This document shows positions 13,544-27,418 of a stretch of 64,000 bases of DNA, one piece after another (within the stretch, counting starts at the first letter, position 1; each line of letters starts with the position of its first letter). The position numbers and the translations under genes are program-made. The DNA is taken from the NCBI GenBank assembly GCA_030324005.1, contig JARDVH010000025.1, positions 72,955,791 through 73,019,790 on the forward strand, in the 5' to 3' direction. The notes beneath the pieces were generated by a model. It had not been told where the DNA came from, did not search any database, and saw nothing but the letters and a program-made list of their open reading frames with translations. The DNA comes from Negaprion brevirostris (lineage: Eukaryota).

Positions 13544-16249
13544 CATTAACACAATAAAGCCATTTATTTCCAGGAGTAGCAGATGCAAGGAGGGATTTGG
13601 CTTATTGATAGCAGCAATAAAAACTGGCTGGGACCATACCCACCTGCATGATTTCTACCTGCATTATTACAGGGGTATTACGTGGGACAGAAGAACAAAT
13701 AATTTGGCCACAAGTTCCTGGACTTTGAGTTCAGGCCTAATATTAAGAGTTAACCAGAATGCCCAGAATGCTCAGTGTGGCAAATATAGAACCTGGGGAG
13801 GCTAAGGTGACAGAGGGAAGATTGTGCAACAGAAGTAACCCTCCTGCACAGCTCCTGGACTGCAGAGTAAATACCGACGTTACGTCCCCCTGCACACAGC
13901 TGTCATTCACAGGCATTTCAAATTCTTTGAAATTCAAGGCTGTTAAGATATAAAGTCATGTTGCGTTTGTCAACTGAAGATCAATTCATCAGCTGTAAGG
14001 ACCTGCAGAGGTGTTTGTATCCACTGCTGGCAGCTTGATATGGAATTTACAGCATAAGATCAGGTCATTAGCCCCATGTCATCCAGGTTGCTGTTTTAAG
14101 TTTCACACAAGCTTCCTCCCACCCTTCTTGATCACACTATCAGGGTAATATTAAGCTTCCTTCTCCGATGTTTAAAGTTTCTTGAATACACCTACTCTAG
14201 AATGATAGCACAGAAGGTGGCCAGTTAGCATATTGTCAGTTCTCTACAACAGCCACATTCAGCTACTATCACTCCTCCACCTTTCCCCCAGGGAATTATC
14301 CACACACCTTTGAAAATGCAATTGGATCTGTCTCCACTACACGCTCAGACAATCCTTTCTAAATCCACCTCTAACCATCATATGTTGCCTCTGGTTCTTG
14401 GCTAACCAATACTATTGGGAACAGTTGCAACCCATTTACTCCATCCAATCAATCTCCTCTCAATTTCCTCTTCTGCAAGGAGAACAGCCAATCTATCCAC
14501 ACAACAAATCTCATACTCAGAACCATTCTTAATTTTTTTCTGCACTCTTTAAGACCTTCACATTTCTTCGAATGAGGTTGAACAAGTGCTTTACGAAGGT
14601 GCACAACTTGCTGGTTTTATTCTGTGTCCCAATTTATAAAATCCAGATTCAATACAATTTACTTACTATTCTCTCAAGCTCTTCTGCCACCTTCAATGAT
14701 TTATGCATCCATTAAGTCCAGGTACCCTCTGCTCCTGCATTTCCTTCATAAATGTAGCTTTTGTTTTGTCATGTCACTGTTTTTCTGATCAAAACATACC
14801 ACTTCACACTCCTCTGCATTAAATTCCACCCGCCTGTTCCTATACTCCAGACGTCTATCACGATATTATCCTCAGTTCACAATACTTCCAAATCTTGAAT
14901 CATCTTTAAATTTTGGAATTGTACCCTCTAGATTAATATCAATCACAAAAAGCAATGTCCCCACTGTATCATTCCCCAGTCAGAAATAAAGTTTTCTGTA
15001 ATTCATGTTTTTAAATAGGTTTGAATTAAATAATTAAACTGCCGCATTACAAAATTTTAGTTATGCTAAAGGCTAATGATTCAAAATACCCCAGTTTGAA
15101 ATAAAATGACTGATATTTTTCACTTTAAAAGCAATTTCAGCTAATGTTTGCAAACTCAAGTAATTAATACATGGGAAAACTTAATAGATATAGAACGGAC
15201 ACAGTCAATACATTTCTTAGAGCTCAAAACTTCAGAATTGGGCACTACACACTTTGGGAAAGGCAAATGGTATGTTGGCCTTCATTGCAACAGGTTGAGT
15301 ACAGGAGCAGAGATGTGTTGTTGCAATTAAACAGGGTGTTGGTGAGGCCACACCTAGAATAGCGTGCGCAGATTTTGTCTCCTATTCTGAGGACTGGCAT
15401 TCTTGCTCTCTCAGGAGTGCAGCAAAGGTTTACCAGGTTGATTCCAAGGATAGCGGGACTAATATAAGAACATAAGAAATAGGAGCAGGAGTAGGCCATC
15501 TAGCCCTTCGAGCCTGCCCCGCCATTCAATAAGATCNNNNNNNNNNNNNNNNNNNNNNNNNNNNNNNNNNNNNNNNNNNNNNNNNNNNNNNNNNNNNNNN
15601 NNNNNNNNNNNNNNNNNNNNNNNNNNNNNNNNNNNNGAATGAGATCAGGATTAGGCTATTGAGTTGGAAGATCAGTCAAGATCGTGATGAATGGCAGAGT
15701 GGACTCAAAGGGCCAAATGACCTCTGCCTGCTCCTATCTTCTATATTCACTGAAATGACTAACAGAGGAAGATTTAATGGCCAGAACTTTACAGGAATGG
15801 AAGCAGGCAAGATGTGAACAACGAAAAAGGTCTGTTGACATCCGGTGGGATTTTGTGGTTTCAGGACAATCGAGACAATAAAATTCCGTTCTATGCTCAC
15901 CACCATTCTTGACTGGATGAGAGAACTTACTGAGCTTTGAGTGGACCGATTGGGTTGTGGAATTGCTTCAAAGTCCATATGCATCGACTGTATGCATGCC
16001 TATAGAGCTATGTTGTAATTTAACCAAGTCACCACCTCATTTTTGAATGAAGTTGATGTGGCTCTTAGTATGCTCTTTTACACTCATTGAAGCAGTTACT
16101 GGTCTGGATGCTGGTAATAGTAGTGAAATGTAGTCATTGATGGCACACAGTGCTTCACAGTTGCCAGTTTTGAGCTTTTCAAGCTCTTAAAAATGTTCCT
16201 CACTTAACAGTAGTAGAACCTGGATAACAAAGATACTTACTTTAAATTC

Positions 16250-17242
16250 CTATTTATTGACTATAGCTCAGCCTTCAACACCATTATTCCTACAAAACTC
16301 ATCTCCAAACTCTGCAGCCTAAGGTTCATCTCCTCCCTTTGCGACTGGATCTTGGACTTCCTTAGCCGCAGACCATGATCAGTAAGGATAGCAATGACAC
16401 CTCCTCCACAATTATCCTCAACACGTGCCCTCCACGGCTGTGTCCTCCAGTCTCTACTATATTCCTTATGCAGTTATGACTGTCAGATAAAATTCCCTCC
16501 AATTCAATTTTCACATTTGCTGATGACACCACTGTAGTGGGTCAGATCTCAAACAATGATGAGACAGCATACAAGAAAGATAGAAAATCTGATGAACGGA
16601 TATAACAACAATAATCTCTCCCTCAAATGTCAGTAAAACAAATAAGATAGCCATTGACTACAGGAAGCTAGTGGAGGACGTGCCCCTGTCTACAAAGGGG
16701 CATACTGTGGAGATGGCAGTGTTGGACTGGGGTGGGCACAGTAAGTAGTCTCAACACCAGATTAGAGTCCAACAGGTTTATTTGGAATCACAACGTTTTG
16801 GAACACTGCTCCTTCATCAGGTGAATCCATTCAGATCACTGGTCCCTCCACGTCAACACCATAGTTAAAAAAGCCCAATAATTCTTTCTCAGGATGCTAA
16901 TGAAATTGGTGCATTGTAGCAAACATGTCCAATTTTTTACAGATGTAGCAGAGAAAGCATCCTTTCCAGATGTATCAGTCGATATCGCTCCTGCTCTGAC
17001 CAAGACTGCAAGAAACTGCAAAGGGGTTGTGAATGTAGCCCAGTCCAACACAAACCAGTCGCCCACTCATTAACTCCATTTACACTTCCTGCTGCCTCAG
17101 GAAAGCACTCAGCATAATTAACAACCCCACTTACTCCAGACATTCTCTCTTCCACCCTTTAGTTTCAAAAGTCTGAGATCACATATCAACTGACTTAACA
17201 GCTTCTTCCCTACTGCCTTCAAACTTTTGAATGAATCTACCT
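16250..17242 (+). mobile_element. Rex1/Babar LINE RT fossil with a nested Penelope-type terminal repeat
   Basis: GACTATAGCTCAGCCTTCAACACCATTATTCCT = [11 protein letters not shown]; TTTGCTGATGACACC = FADDT; interrupted at about 16715-16832. Confidence 0.85.
16715..16832 (-). mobile_element. Penelope-like terminal repeat with a decayed minimal hammerhead motif
   Basis: Minus strand: GATTCAC-CTGATGA-A-GGAGC-AGT-GTTCC-AAAA-CG-TT-GTGATTC followed by AATAAACCTGTTGGACT. Confidence 0.65.
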
Positions 17243-18779
17243 NNNNNNNNNNNNNNNNNNNNNNNNNNNNNNNNNNNNNNNNNNNNNNNNNNNNNNNNNN
17301 NNNNNNNNNNNNNNNNNNNNNNNNNNNNNNNNNNNNNNNNNNNNNNNNNNNNNNNNNNNNNNNNNNNNNNCAGTACTCTGGGGGTTCTCAGTCAAAATTG
17401 CAGGATAGGTTAAAACAATAGCAGTTAATAAAACACATGGGATCTTGGATTTTATACAGCTGTGGGGTAAATCAGTGCATAATACTAAACCTATAGAAAA
17501 CAAAATTAGGTGCCATCTGGACACTATACTTCAGAAAAGGGCATGAAGGTAGTAAACAATTATAAGAATTTAGAACACTGGCCTTTGCACTGGTGGCCAC
17601 ATCCCATGGAAGTGTTTTGAAAAAAATAATCACACTGGTTCCAGATTATTCTTTGCACCCCTTCCAAAACATGTGGCTACTTTAGTTGATAGATGTATTT
17701 TCCAATATGGTCCAGAATCAGAGTAAGGAAGTGTCTGCACTTGATATCTGGTTTGTGTTGTGATCCAAGCTAGGCTGCCAACTGCAATTGGACTACACTG
17801 GACTACTCCTCCATCTCCTCAACTCAGTACCAAACCCCAATATGAATAATAGCCTTACTACAGAATCAGACTGCAAAGTTCCTTCACTTCCACTCCCTCT
17901 CTCCTCGTCAAACAATGTGCTAGGCACCATCTTCCCATCTCAAATCATACACAGCAGTCCCCCTGCCACCCAAAGGCCAGCTAGAGCAGGACACATTTCT
18001 TCCACATGACCTTGACCCATGCAAATGACTTCCAAATTTTCCCATTAAACACAGATTATTTAAAATTGCAGTTATGAAGCTAGAAACAACAAAAATCATG
18101 ACTGTGTTATCTAAAATGTAACTTTTCCAGTTTATGCATACTTCTTAGTTTGGTCAGGTGAGTTTCTCATCTCAATATATAGGGGTTATACTGGGACAAA
18201 CCAATTCAAGGGAAACTACTGACAGATTAATGGAACAATCATACTCAGATCCCCAGTTGAGACCTTTTAACCCCCGTAATATTTCAAATGGCAACTGAGT
18301 CCATTTTGCTAATTTGTCTTTGAAGCCTGCCTTCCAAACAATGGCATGTACAGAAATGGAAGGACCTCAATGCAGTGAAAGTGCACAGATTAAAAATGAT
18401 AAAAAATTGCATTACTTGCAATTCATGTTAAACTCATTGATTTCTTTACAAGACTAGAGAAAAGTCAAGTTGGTTGTGCAATGACCTGGTGTTTTAATTC
18501 CTTTACCAATTCACACCTTGAAAATCTGCCAAACGCATTAAACCAATGATTTATCTGAACATTCTAGAATCGCTAGTTGCATAATTTTTAATTTTGGGTG
18601 TTAACCATATTACTACCTTTTATTTAATAAAGCCAATTATTTGACGATATATCTTAATCTGCTCAGTCTACAAATGTATGAGTGGTGGACCAGCTTGTTG
18701 AACTGCTGCAAATACCCAGTATAGTTCAGTGGTCCGAGGACTTCAATCCAGCAGTGAAGGTACAATTCAGGATGCTGTG

Positions 18780-19310
18780 TAGAACATCGAACAGTACAGC
18801 ACAGGCCCTTCGGACCTCAATATTGTGCTGAGCTATGTCCGAACCCAAAATCGAGCTATCCCACTCCCTATTATTCTGGTGTGTTCCATGTGCCTATCCA
18901 ATAACCGCTTGAAAGTTCCTAAAGTGTCTGACTCCACTATCACAGCACACAGTCCATTCCACACTCCAACCACTCAGTGAAGAATCTACCTCGGACATCC
19001 CTCCTAGATCTCCCACCATGCCCCCTAGTAACAGCTACATCCACCCAAGGNNNNNNNNNNNNNNNNNNNNNNNNNNNNNNNNNNNNNNNNNNNNNNNNNN
19101 NNNNNNNNNNNNNNNNNNNNNNNNNNNNNNNNNNNNNNNNNNNNNNNNNNGGTGTGCTCCATGTACCTATCCAATAACTGCTTGAAAGTTCCTAAAGTGT
19201 CCGACTCCACTATCACAGCAGGCAGTCTATTCCACACCCCATCCACTCCTATATCTCCCACCATGCCCCCTAGTAACAGCTACATCCACCCAAGGAAATA
19301 GTCTCTGGTT
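18780..19310 (-). repeat. CR1 3' end present twice in tandem across the 19051-19150 gap
   Basis: 18878-19050 and 19151-19295 are similar copies; ORF 19025..19264 VWNRLPAVIVESDTLGTFKQLLDRYM. Confidence 0.8.
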
Positions 19311-21180
19311 TTTCGCCAGTAAGATTGGCTATAAATCATGCTCGTCTAGCTGGGATCCTTTTACTTCTTATACTTAACCAAGATTGTCATCATGATTCAG
19401 ATGAAGGACAGCAGTATTCAATTTTCTTGAAGCAATGTAGTAACTGTTTCACAATGGAATTTTGTGTTATGTAATACCTAACAATCATAGCATGCCAACA
19501 GGTTGTTTCAAATTGAAGAACAGTTAAGTGGGCAAATATGGCATCCAAGTAGTTGAAGATCTTAAACAGATTTTCCAAATACTACTTGTACTGATTTTTA
19601 AACTCAAATCTGTTAGTGTCAGAAAAAGTGCCTTAAAACGACTGGAGAGAGCTGAGAAAGTGTCTGAACAATCCCACTTAGCTCAGGAATAAAAACAAAC
19701 TTAAAGGAAAAACAGTCTCAGTTATAAGCTGCTTCCCAGTGAGGAGTCTAAAAGGTGAATGAAAGTTTAGATTAATTAGTGGTGCCTGGAAAGATCCAAC
19801 CCAACTGTCTTGGGTCTCAATTTAAAGCCCAAGCAAAAAGGTATTTTTATAAACAAAATTGGATATTTGCGCAAGAATGAAGCAAGTCTTGACAAGTACA
19901 GCCAAGCAGCAAGTATTACAATTAATAAATATATCTGACCTTTCTTGAGCAATTTAGTAAGACATTCATTGGAATTAATCAGCACGTAACTTTATGGTAT
20001 TCTCAAATAAAAAGGTACACTCAGTTAAACATGAGTGGGCAGAAAGTTGTACGTTTCATTCATGAAGCAAAAGTGTTTTGATAGCTGACAGCCAGACGCA
20101 AGTTTCAGACTGACAAATAATTCAGCATGCTTATGCATGTTAAGCACCCAAGAGATGCAACATTGTTAGCTCGAAATAGTGGAAATAGGTCCAATATAAT
20201 GGCAGATTTACCGCACTGATGTTCTGACCAAATACCCAAGGAGCGGGATGACCTTGACAAGGATAAATATATCCTTCTAGGGATTAATACCTTCAAATTG
20301 TTAATAATTCAGATGCAAATATAAAGTAGTCCAACTGATTCACAACACTAATACAAAATAAATGCCTGCAGCTTCATATATTGTATTATCTTCTGAACAT
20401 TAAAGAACCAACTAATGTACTTGTGTAATACTCCTTCATACCTGTCCTGCAGCTCAATTGATTTAAGCAACACACACACACTGTGGTCCCTGATTCAACT
20501 GCCAATCAGGATCTCTCAAAACCTCAGCTAGGCCAAGAGGTTCATGGATAATTGAGGGGTAGAAAATTTTGATGTAAAAAACAGACCGCTCTTGGGAAGC
20601 ACAATTCAAGGTGGAAGTGAATACAAACAGAATCAATATTGCACCACAGGTTAAGCAAGGCCATTATAGAAAGGCAAATGTTTCAATTCTGTCCCTTGCA
20701 AAATAAAATGTAGAGGTTGTGCGAAACTTGCAAACATTGGTTAGATGACAGAGTACTGCACAGACGTCTTCTAATCATATTATGAAAGGATTGAAAAATA
20801 GATGAGTATACATAGCAGGAAAGGATGAACAGGCTGGGTCTCTTTTCTCAAGCTTAAAAGGTGATGCAATAGAGATATTTAAAATTATGCAAGATGAATA
20901 CAGAAAGATGTGGAAAACCATGTGCCGTTCATGTAATAGATCAAAAAGTCAGAAATGAAATTCATAAGAAACTTTACATAGCAAGTGGAACTTACTACCA
21001 GAGGAAGCAATTGACAAGGAAAGTACAAACATTTAAGGGGAAGCTAGACATGCATTTGAGGGGGAAAAGGATACATGCTTACAATGATGGATTTAAAATC
21101 AATAAACATGGGAGAAGGTTCAAATGGAGCATAAACATTGGCATGAACTGGTTGGACAGAATGACCTCCTCCTGTGCCAG

Positions 21181-21455
21181 GCCAGCACACTGGTGAGCAC
21201 TGCTGCTTCTCAGCACCAGGGACAGGGATTCTACTCGAGTTTGCATGCTCTCCCAGTGTCTGCATGGGTTTTCTCCAAATATTTGTGGGTTAGGTTGTTT
21301 AGCCATGCTAAATTGCCCCAGTGTCCAGAGATGTGCACTTAGGGGGATTATCAAGATAAAATATCTGGGGTTGCAGGGATAGGGCCTGCTTAAGATGCTC
21401 TGTGCGAGAATCTGCGCAGGCTCGATGGGCTTCCATTTGCACTATAGGGATCCTT
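21181..21455 (+). mobile_element. HE1-like SINE, diverged
   Basis: AGCACTGCTGCTTCTCAGCACCAGGGAC...GAGTTTGCATGCTCTCCC...GCCATGCTAAATTGCCCC; preceded by decayed CR1 3' sequence (about 20660-21170). Confidence 0.8.
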
Positions 21456-22529
21456 TTCTATGGAAATCTGATATAATTCCACTTAATAGAACTCAGCGTC
21501 CCTAAATTAGAAAGAGAGGAACTTGTCTTCAGTTCCAGCTTTTAGTCACCGATGGATATTTGCACTGTTAACGGATGCAAAATTGGTGATGTGATGAGAA
21601 AGTCTATTGTTAATAGTCCAATTGTATAGCTAATGACCACTTGAATGAGGTACTCTGGGCACGTCTTCTCCACAACACAAGAACTGCAACCCAACAGTCC
21701 TTTGGGAAAAGGGGAGGAGAAAGTTGACAAAAAGGTAATTCTCTGTGCAAATGTTATTGCTGGCTCTACCTATTACAACTGTCATTAAACTACTGAGACA
21801 TGGACATAAACCATTCAAATATTCTAACAAAGTGGCATCGCAGAATTCATTGTATTGTTACTTATTTGCTCCATAGTTGGTGGAATTTACTAAGTTTATG
21901 TAATATACAAAAACAACATTTTGAAATATTACAAACGTGAAACACACTGATGCTGTTCTAATTTCTCCATGAATCATTCCTGGACTTGTATTATTAAGTG
22001 CATTTAGACTCAAATTACACACCACCCCCCACCCCCAAAACTATGTCACCAATATCTACCAGTGTTAAAAATTTGCCAGTGGCACAAATGACACCAAACA
22101 TAATTTTGCATTGAAATGACAACAGTTGGATATCAAATAAGCTAGTTATGATTTGATGCGGCTGATAAAGGTGACAATTTCTCCAAATTCTAACTTAATT
22201 ATAGTCAATGGAGTAAGAACTGAAAAGTTCCAGAATGATTATTGATGCAAATTAAGAGGTTTCATTTTGACTGTTCATGTGTTAAAAGTAAAACAGTGAA
22301 TGTGGAGTTCCAAAGATTACTTACAGCAATTCAAACATATATACAGTTTGCAGCTCTATTTTCAAGCAGACATTCCCTTGAGTTAAATTAGTAATTTCAA
22401 CATTCCAATTTCAAATGACTTTAATTCATTGCATTTAGTATTTTTGATTTACCAGCATAATATGGGTAAATATACAAGCCAACAATACTCTACTTTCCCA
22501 AGATTCAGTAACATAACAGTAAACATCTA

Positions 22530-24111
22530 GAAATATTTTATTGACAATTTTAGTAATTAGAAGTATTAAACTACAGTCTCCAGTGCTGGAATGGACTGCT
22601 AATGTGATTTATTCAATTCTGTGTTGGTCATCACAAGGTTTACAAATGATCCCAAAGAACTGTACATAAAGGCTAAGCACCACTATATTAGGCAACAGCC
22701 CATCAGCGTAAACAAAGAACTGATTACATTGGTTACTTTGTGTATTCCCTTATGTTCAGTGCGGGATAAAAAATTAGGGTGAAAGCAATTTACACTACAA
22801 GAGGACTGTGGTCAATATATTAAGAACATAACCATTTTGGTAGTCAAAAGATTCAAAATTGGTTTATCAATTTCAAAAGTACTGACCAATCCAGAAAAGG
22901 CTGCAAATATGCTGCCCGAAACATGCTTTTGATGTCCTACTGATATTACATAACCAGTATTCCCAACATTTACTCATTTAAGTTTCTCATTCATTTGAAA
23001 TGGAAAGTCACCTTCAAAAATGTTAGAACTATATTGCGTGCAAAACTCCCAGGAGAAGTTGTGCAGAAACCACCACCTGAAGTTTAGAGAAAAATGACAA
23101 AAAATTGCAATCAAGCGACAAGAAAACACAACACATTTGGCTATTTGGAAGATGCACAGCATATAGCAAAGCTTAACAAAACTTAATTGTCAATGGCTGG
23201 GAAAACACTGATTACCAATAGGCCAATCACAAGATAGCTAGAGTTACTGTAAATGTGATGTGCTGATATTGGCAGCAGACAAAAGAACATGTTTCAGGTT
23301 GCAGAACTGTTAACTCACCAGGATACAGTCTACTTACTGCCTTACTCATCTTAGATCATCTGAAGACAGTTATCCTGCAGATTTTTTGTTGATGGCCCAA
23401 ATTATGGAAAATTGCACAGTTGAAGAAATGAGAACTACATCACCCAAAATAAAAAAGGCAGCACTATTACATGCATTAATAAATTTCAGATTTCCTCCTC
23501 AGTGGAGCAGCATAATAACCAAGTCTGCATAACCAGGAAATATTGACCAAATACTGGAGTTTAACCACAAAAAAATTCTGTTCAGACACTGGCAGCTGTA
23601 ATGCTTATATATCACAGCAAGTAGATAATAAAACAGCCAAGTCTGAAAACTGATCTTTTGCCTCAGCAATCATTCGGTTACGCCTGTTTTCAAATAAGGC
23701 ACAAGACAAAATCAAATTCAACCCAAAAAAAAGGAAAGCAGTCTACATGGGTGTCTCAAATCTCACTTTTTGCACAAATGTACAAATTAAAAAGTACATT
23801 ATACATAAGAGAAAATTCCACTGTTGTACAAAAATTTGTTAATTCTAACTTTTATTCTTATACAATTTGCTGAGTTGAAACCATTGTTACTTTGATAATG
23901 AATTTAACTATAATACAACCAAATGTAGTGGGTTGAGCACGCACATTTAAAATGAGACAGTAAGTCACAGACATGATTTTATACAGGTTTTCAAAATTGT
24001 GTGTGTCAAGCAGGCAAGATGTAAGAACTAAGGGTAATGAGAATTTTGTTTGTTTTAATGGGAAAGAACATTTTAGATAGAATGCATAAAGTGGATTTCC
24101 ACAGGGATCGC
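22530..24111 (-). other. RAB10: Probable RAB10 3' UTR with candidate poly(A) signals (AATAAA on the minus strand at 23851-23856, 22608-22613, 22537-22542)
   Basis: AT-rich stretch without recognisable repeats directly after the stop codon; hexamers read from sequence. The true 3' end cannot be determined. Confidence 0.6.
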
Positions 24112-24195
24112 TCAGCTACAGCATTTCTTCAGTCCTGTTCCACCACCTGCAGTGCTGATATCTACATTTTCCCTGTCAGGTTCTTTTACAGGAGT
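24112..24195 (-). CDS. RAB10: RAB10 terminal coding exon 6: TPVKEPDRENVDISTAGGGTGLKKCCS*
   Basis: ctgcag|ACTCCTGTAAAAGAA...TGCTGTAGCTGA. Hypervariable tail ending in a CC geranylgeranylation motif; phase 0 matches exon 5. Confidence 0.96.
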   Translation of the reverse strand, partial: TPVKEPDRENVDISTAGGGTGLKKCCS

Positions 24196-25828
24196 CTGCA
24201 GGTAAAATATAAAGAAAATGAATGATTTCAGCTAACATTTATAGCAACTTTTAAAAAATTATGCTGAGCTAAATGGAACATTCACTTGAAGGTCTGAACA
24301 AATCCACACACACATTGCCTTCTCTCAAATACACAGGCAATGGTCCAGTTCATGAATTAATTGCAGACAGAGAATGCGGTTTGTTCCATCTTAGTTGATG
24401 CAGAGAAACCTAACAGTTCAGCCACTGTAGCAGCCAATTGTTTAAAAATTACGACTTTGGCTCCACTTGTCCAGGTGGAAATCTCTTCCAGATGCTGCTC
24501 AATTTACCTTTTGATAGCTTGAAACACAAGTAAATTTCAAGAAATATTTATTTACCATGTCCTCTGTCAATTATCTTTCATACCTTAATAAGTTCACTTC
24601 TCAGGTACCTCTTTTCCAGACAGAAAAGCTGAAATCTCTTCAACCTTTCTACCAAGAATCAAAGGAATCAACCTCATGACCTTTCTCCTGACGAGAGCTG
24701 CACTCCTGGCAGATGGAGAGTATTTACTGAAATGCTATTAGATAGGGCAATCTGCGTGTAAGTCGGGATTGTGTCCAACTTGGATGGGGACTTGGAAGAC
24801 GACTTGAAGGTGTTCGTATTCTCATGAACTTATAGTTCTGGTCCTTCTAAGTAGTAGCGTTTGCAGGTTTTGGAGAGGCTGTCGAAGAAGCCTGTAGATA
24901 GTGCACAATACAGCCACAGTAATGTAGGTGGAGGATGTTCAAGCTAGCAAATGAGGTGCTTTGTCCCTGAGTGACGTTTAGAGGCCCAAAATTACTACAA
25001 ATGTGGCTGCAACAATGAGTTATTTATATATAATTGTCACACAGGAGCTGCAACCCAAGTATGCCCAGCTGGCACACTTGGTATAATTTGTAATGCTTAG
25101 AAAGAAATTTGGAAAAGGTGATCCTAGATGTTAAGCAACGCACACCGTGTTGCATTATTGCAGCTGTTATGCAGTGAGCATTGAAATTCTAGAATTACAG
25201 GCAAATCATTTTACTACTGTTTCAATTTTAATAATGGACAAAAACTGAAGCTAACAATGGACACCAAAAAAGGCTAGGATTTTGAATAATCAATGTGTGC
25301 AAGCATAAAAAGTTCAAAGGAACTGGAAATAAAATATTGGCTTGGATTTTTTTTGATAGGTTACATTATTTTATGCAGTGCAACTTTATGAGATCAGCCA
25401 AATGGCACAAAAGATCAAGGAATTTAAGCACAAGTTATGTTCAACACAAACTGAGTTTCCACAATCTTTTGCACTGGATTAAGAAAACATCCACTGGAAT
25501 TTGACCCCACCCACAAAACTGGCCATGTTCCCAAGTTGTGCCTGTTCAGGCCTTCAAGGAGGCTCCAAAAATTAAGTTTTATTTTAGGTGCAAGGATGCC
25601 AATGGGCATTTTAAAAAATCTTTCAAGTAAAATTGAAGTAATAAATGATACTGCATAGATTTTTAAAGTTATTTTCAAACATTTAAAATTCAATTTAAAA
25701 ATCTAATTTGAGAGATAAACTCTTTCAGCTGTGTAATCCAAACTGCTATAGTTCCCACTCTTACATCCAAAATTTTTATGCCTTTTTGAAAAAAAATCAC
25801 ACTCTATTCTAATGCCCAATTAGTTTTC

Positions 25829-25960
25829 AGCTCTGACGATTGGTCTACAAAACTCAAACGTTGGCTCTATTGTCTCTCTACAGATGCTGTCAGACTTGCT
25901 AAGATTTTCCAGCATTTTCTGCTTTTGTTCCAGATTCCAACATCCAGTAATTTGCTTTTA
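25829..25960 (+). mobile_element. Penelope-like terminal repeat arm
   Basis: AGCTCTGACGA...AAACGTTGGCTCTATTGTCTCTCTACAGATGCTGTCAGACTTGCTAAGATTTTCCAGCATTTTCTG; same family as 27419-27497 and 38531-38715. Confidence 0.65.
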
Positions 25961-27418
25961 ACTCTATTTTGGTTTGTGCCAGATGTTGCACTTGACAATA
26001 CAAGATTGAGTGGAAGATAGAGCAAAATAGTCACCATGAAGTTTTAAATAATGCAATAAAGCAAGCTTTGTTTTTTAACACAATTGTTGTATATGGAAAC
26101 TTCCAGTTTGTTAAAATTGAAAATATGTTGCGTTATTAGTCACCCTGCTTAGAAACAAAATTCTTTTCTAACTTATAATGTCCATTGACCGTTCTTTTAA
26201 TCGCACATGAACTTTGAGTGATAAGATAGAGTGTTGACGGTTTTATAATTCTAATCAAAATAATAGTATTTTTCAGAATTTGTCTGGGGGAAAATGCAAT
26301 TGTAATGTATGGAAAGAATTTTAAGAAAAAAACTCCAACAAAAATGGGGTCTGTTCAAATAAAAACACTGCATAGTTTCCCAGTATCCTAAGTGATTATT
26401 TTAATAACATTACAATGAAGCAGTGCCAAATATTTAACAAACTGTGTGAAGTGGACTGTTCTGGATTGAGGAATGCCATGTAGTTATTGAGATGTAATTA
26501 TTGTTTTTTTTGTTCTAAATCATCTCAAATAAAGTCATTTAAAACAAGCTATTTTTCCTTGTGCATTTATTAGGAATTATGCTGTAAGCATAATTCATTA
26601 GTACAATCACTGGAGCTAAAACTTTGGAGAGATGTAAAAGCCTCACTGTCACCCTTTCACCTATCGCACAAAGATCTAGCTCACTGATTCTTGATTTTTT
26701 TCCACTGTAGGAGCCTTCATTAACAACAGTTTGTCAGAAGTTTCAAACTGACTTTTGCCTTTCAGCAATCTCAATCTGACCAGGCCTTCCCTCAGAAATT
26801 CCCAAATATATTTCTCTATTCTAACACAAACTGCTCTTTTTATATTGCAGAACAGATTATCAGGACCCAGAGCATCTGAATATCCAATCATAAAGTAAAC
26901 CAATCATGATCCTCATCTTTGAATTATTCTACTTTCCAGCCAGTAACTTTGAAATTTGCAATATTGTATTGACATTTGTTCAATAATCTGAATTGCAGTT
27001 TAACAATAGAATTTATGACAGGATTTAGAATAAAAGGTGCCAAACCACAACCGGGCAGAAAGCTGCTGTCTGGTCAATTAAGTTTGTGTTATATCCAGAG
27101 ATTTGATAGAGTCTAGTTTCTTTCCTAATAAATCAGTTCTACTCAAAAGACTTCTTAATGTACTTAGTGCACAGAACTTGCAATAGGTGAAGTCCACTTA
27201 CAAACGTTTAACAGCGTTCAAACCACATTCCTGTGTCTTTTACGAAAGCATTAACAGGTTTATATGTCAGCATGACTGATCAGAAGTCCTGTGCTAATAA
27301 ATCAGGACTTGAAAGAGAACATATGTTGTTTGGGTCCAAGTCCAATATTGTTCTAGACGCTCAAGTGTTTCTGCTGATACATAGGTTTTGACAATTCCAG
27401 TGTATGATAGAAGTAGCA

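Noticed and set aside
24112-24123. RAB10 ending in CCS rather than the mammalian CC
   Set aside because: CCX is an accepted Rab geranylgeranylation motif; not unusual.
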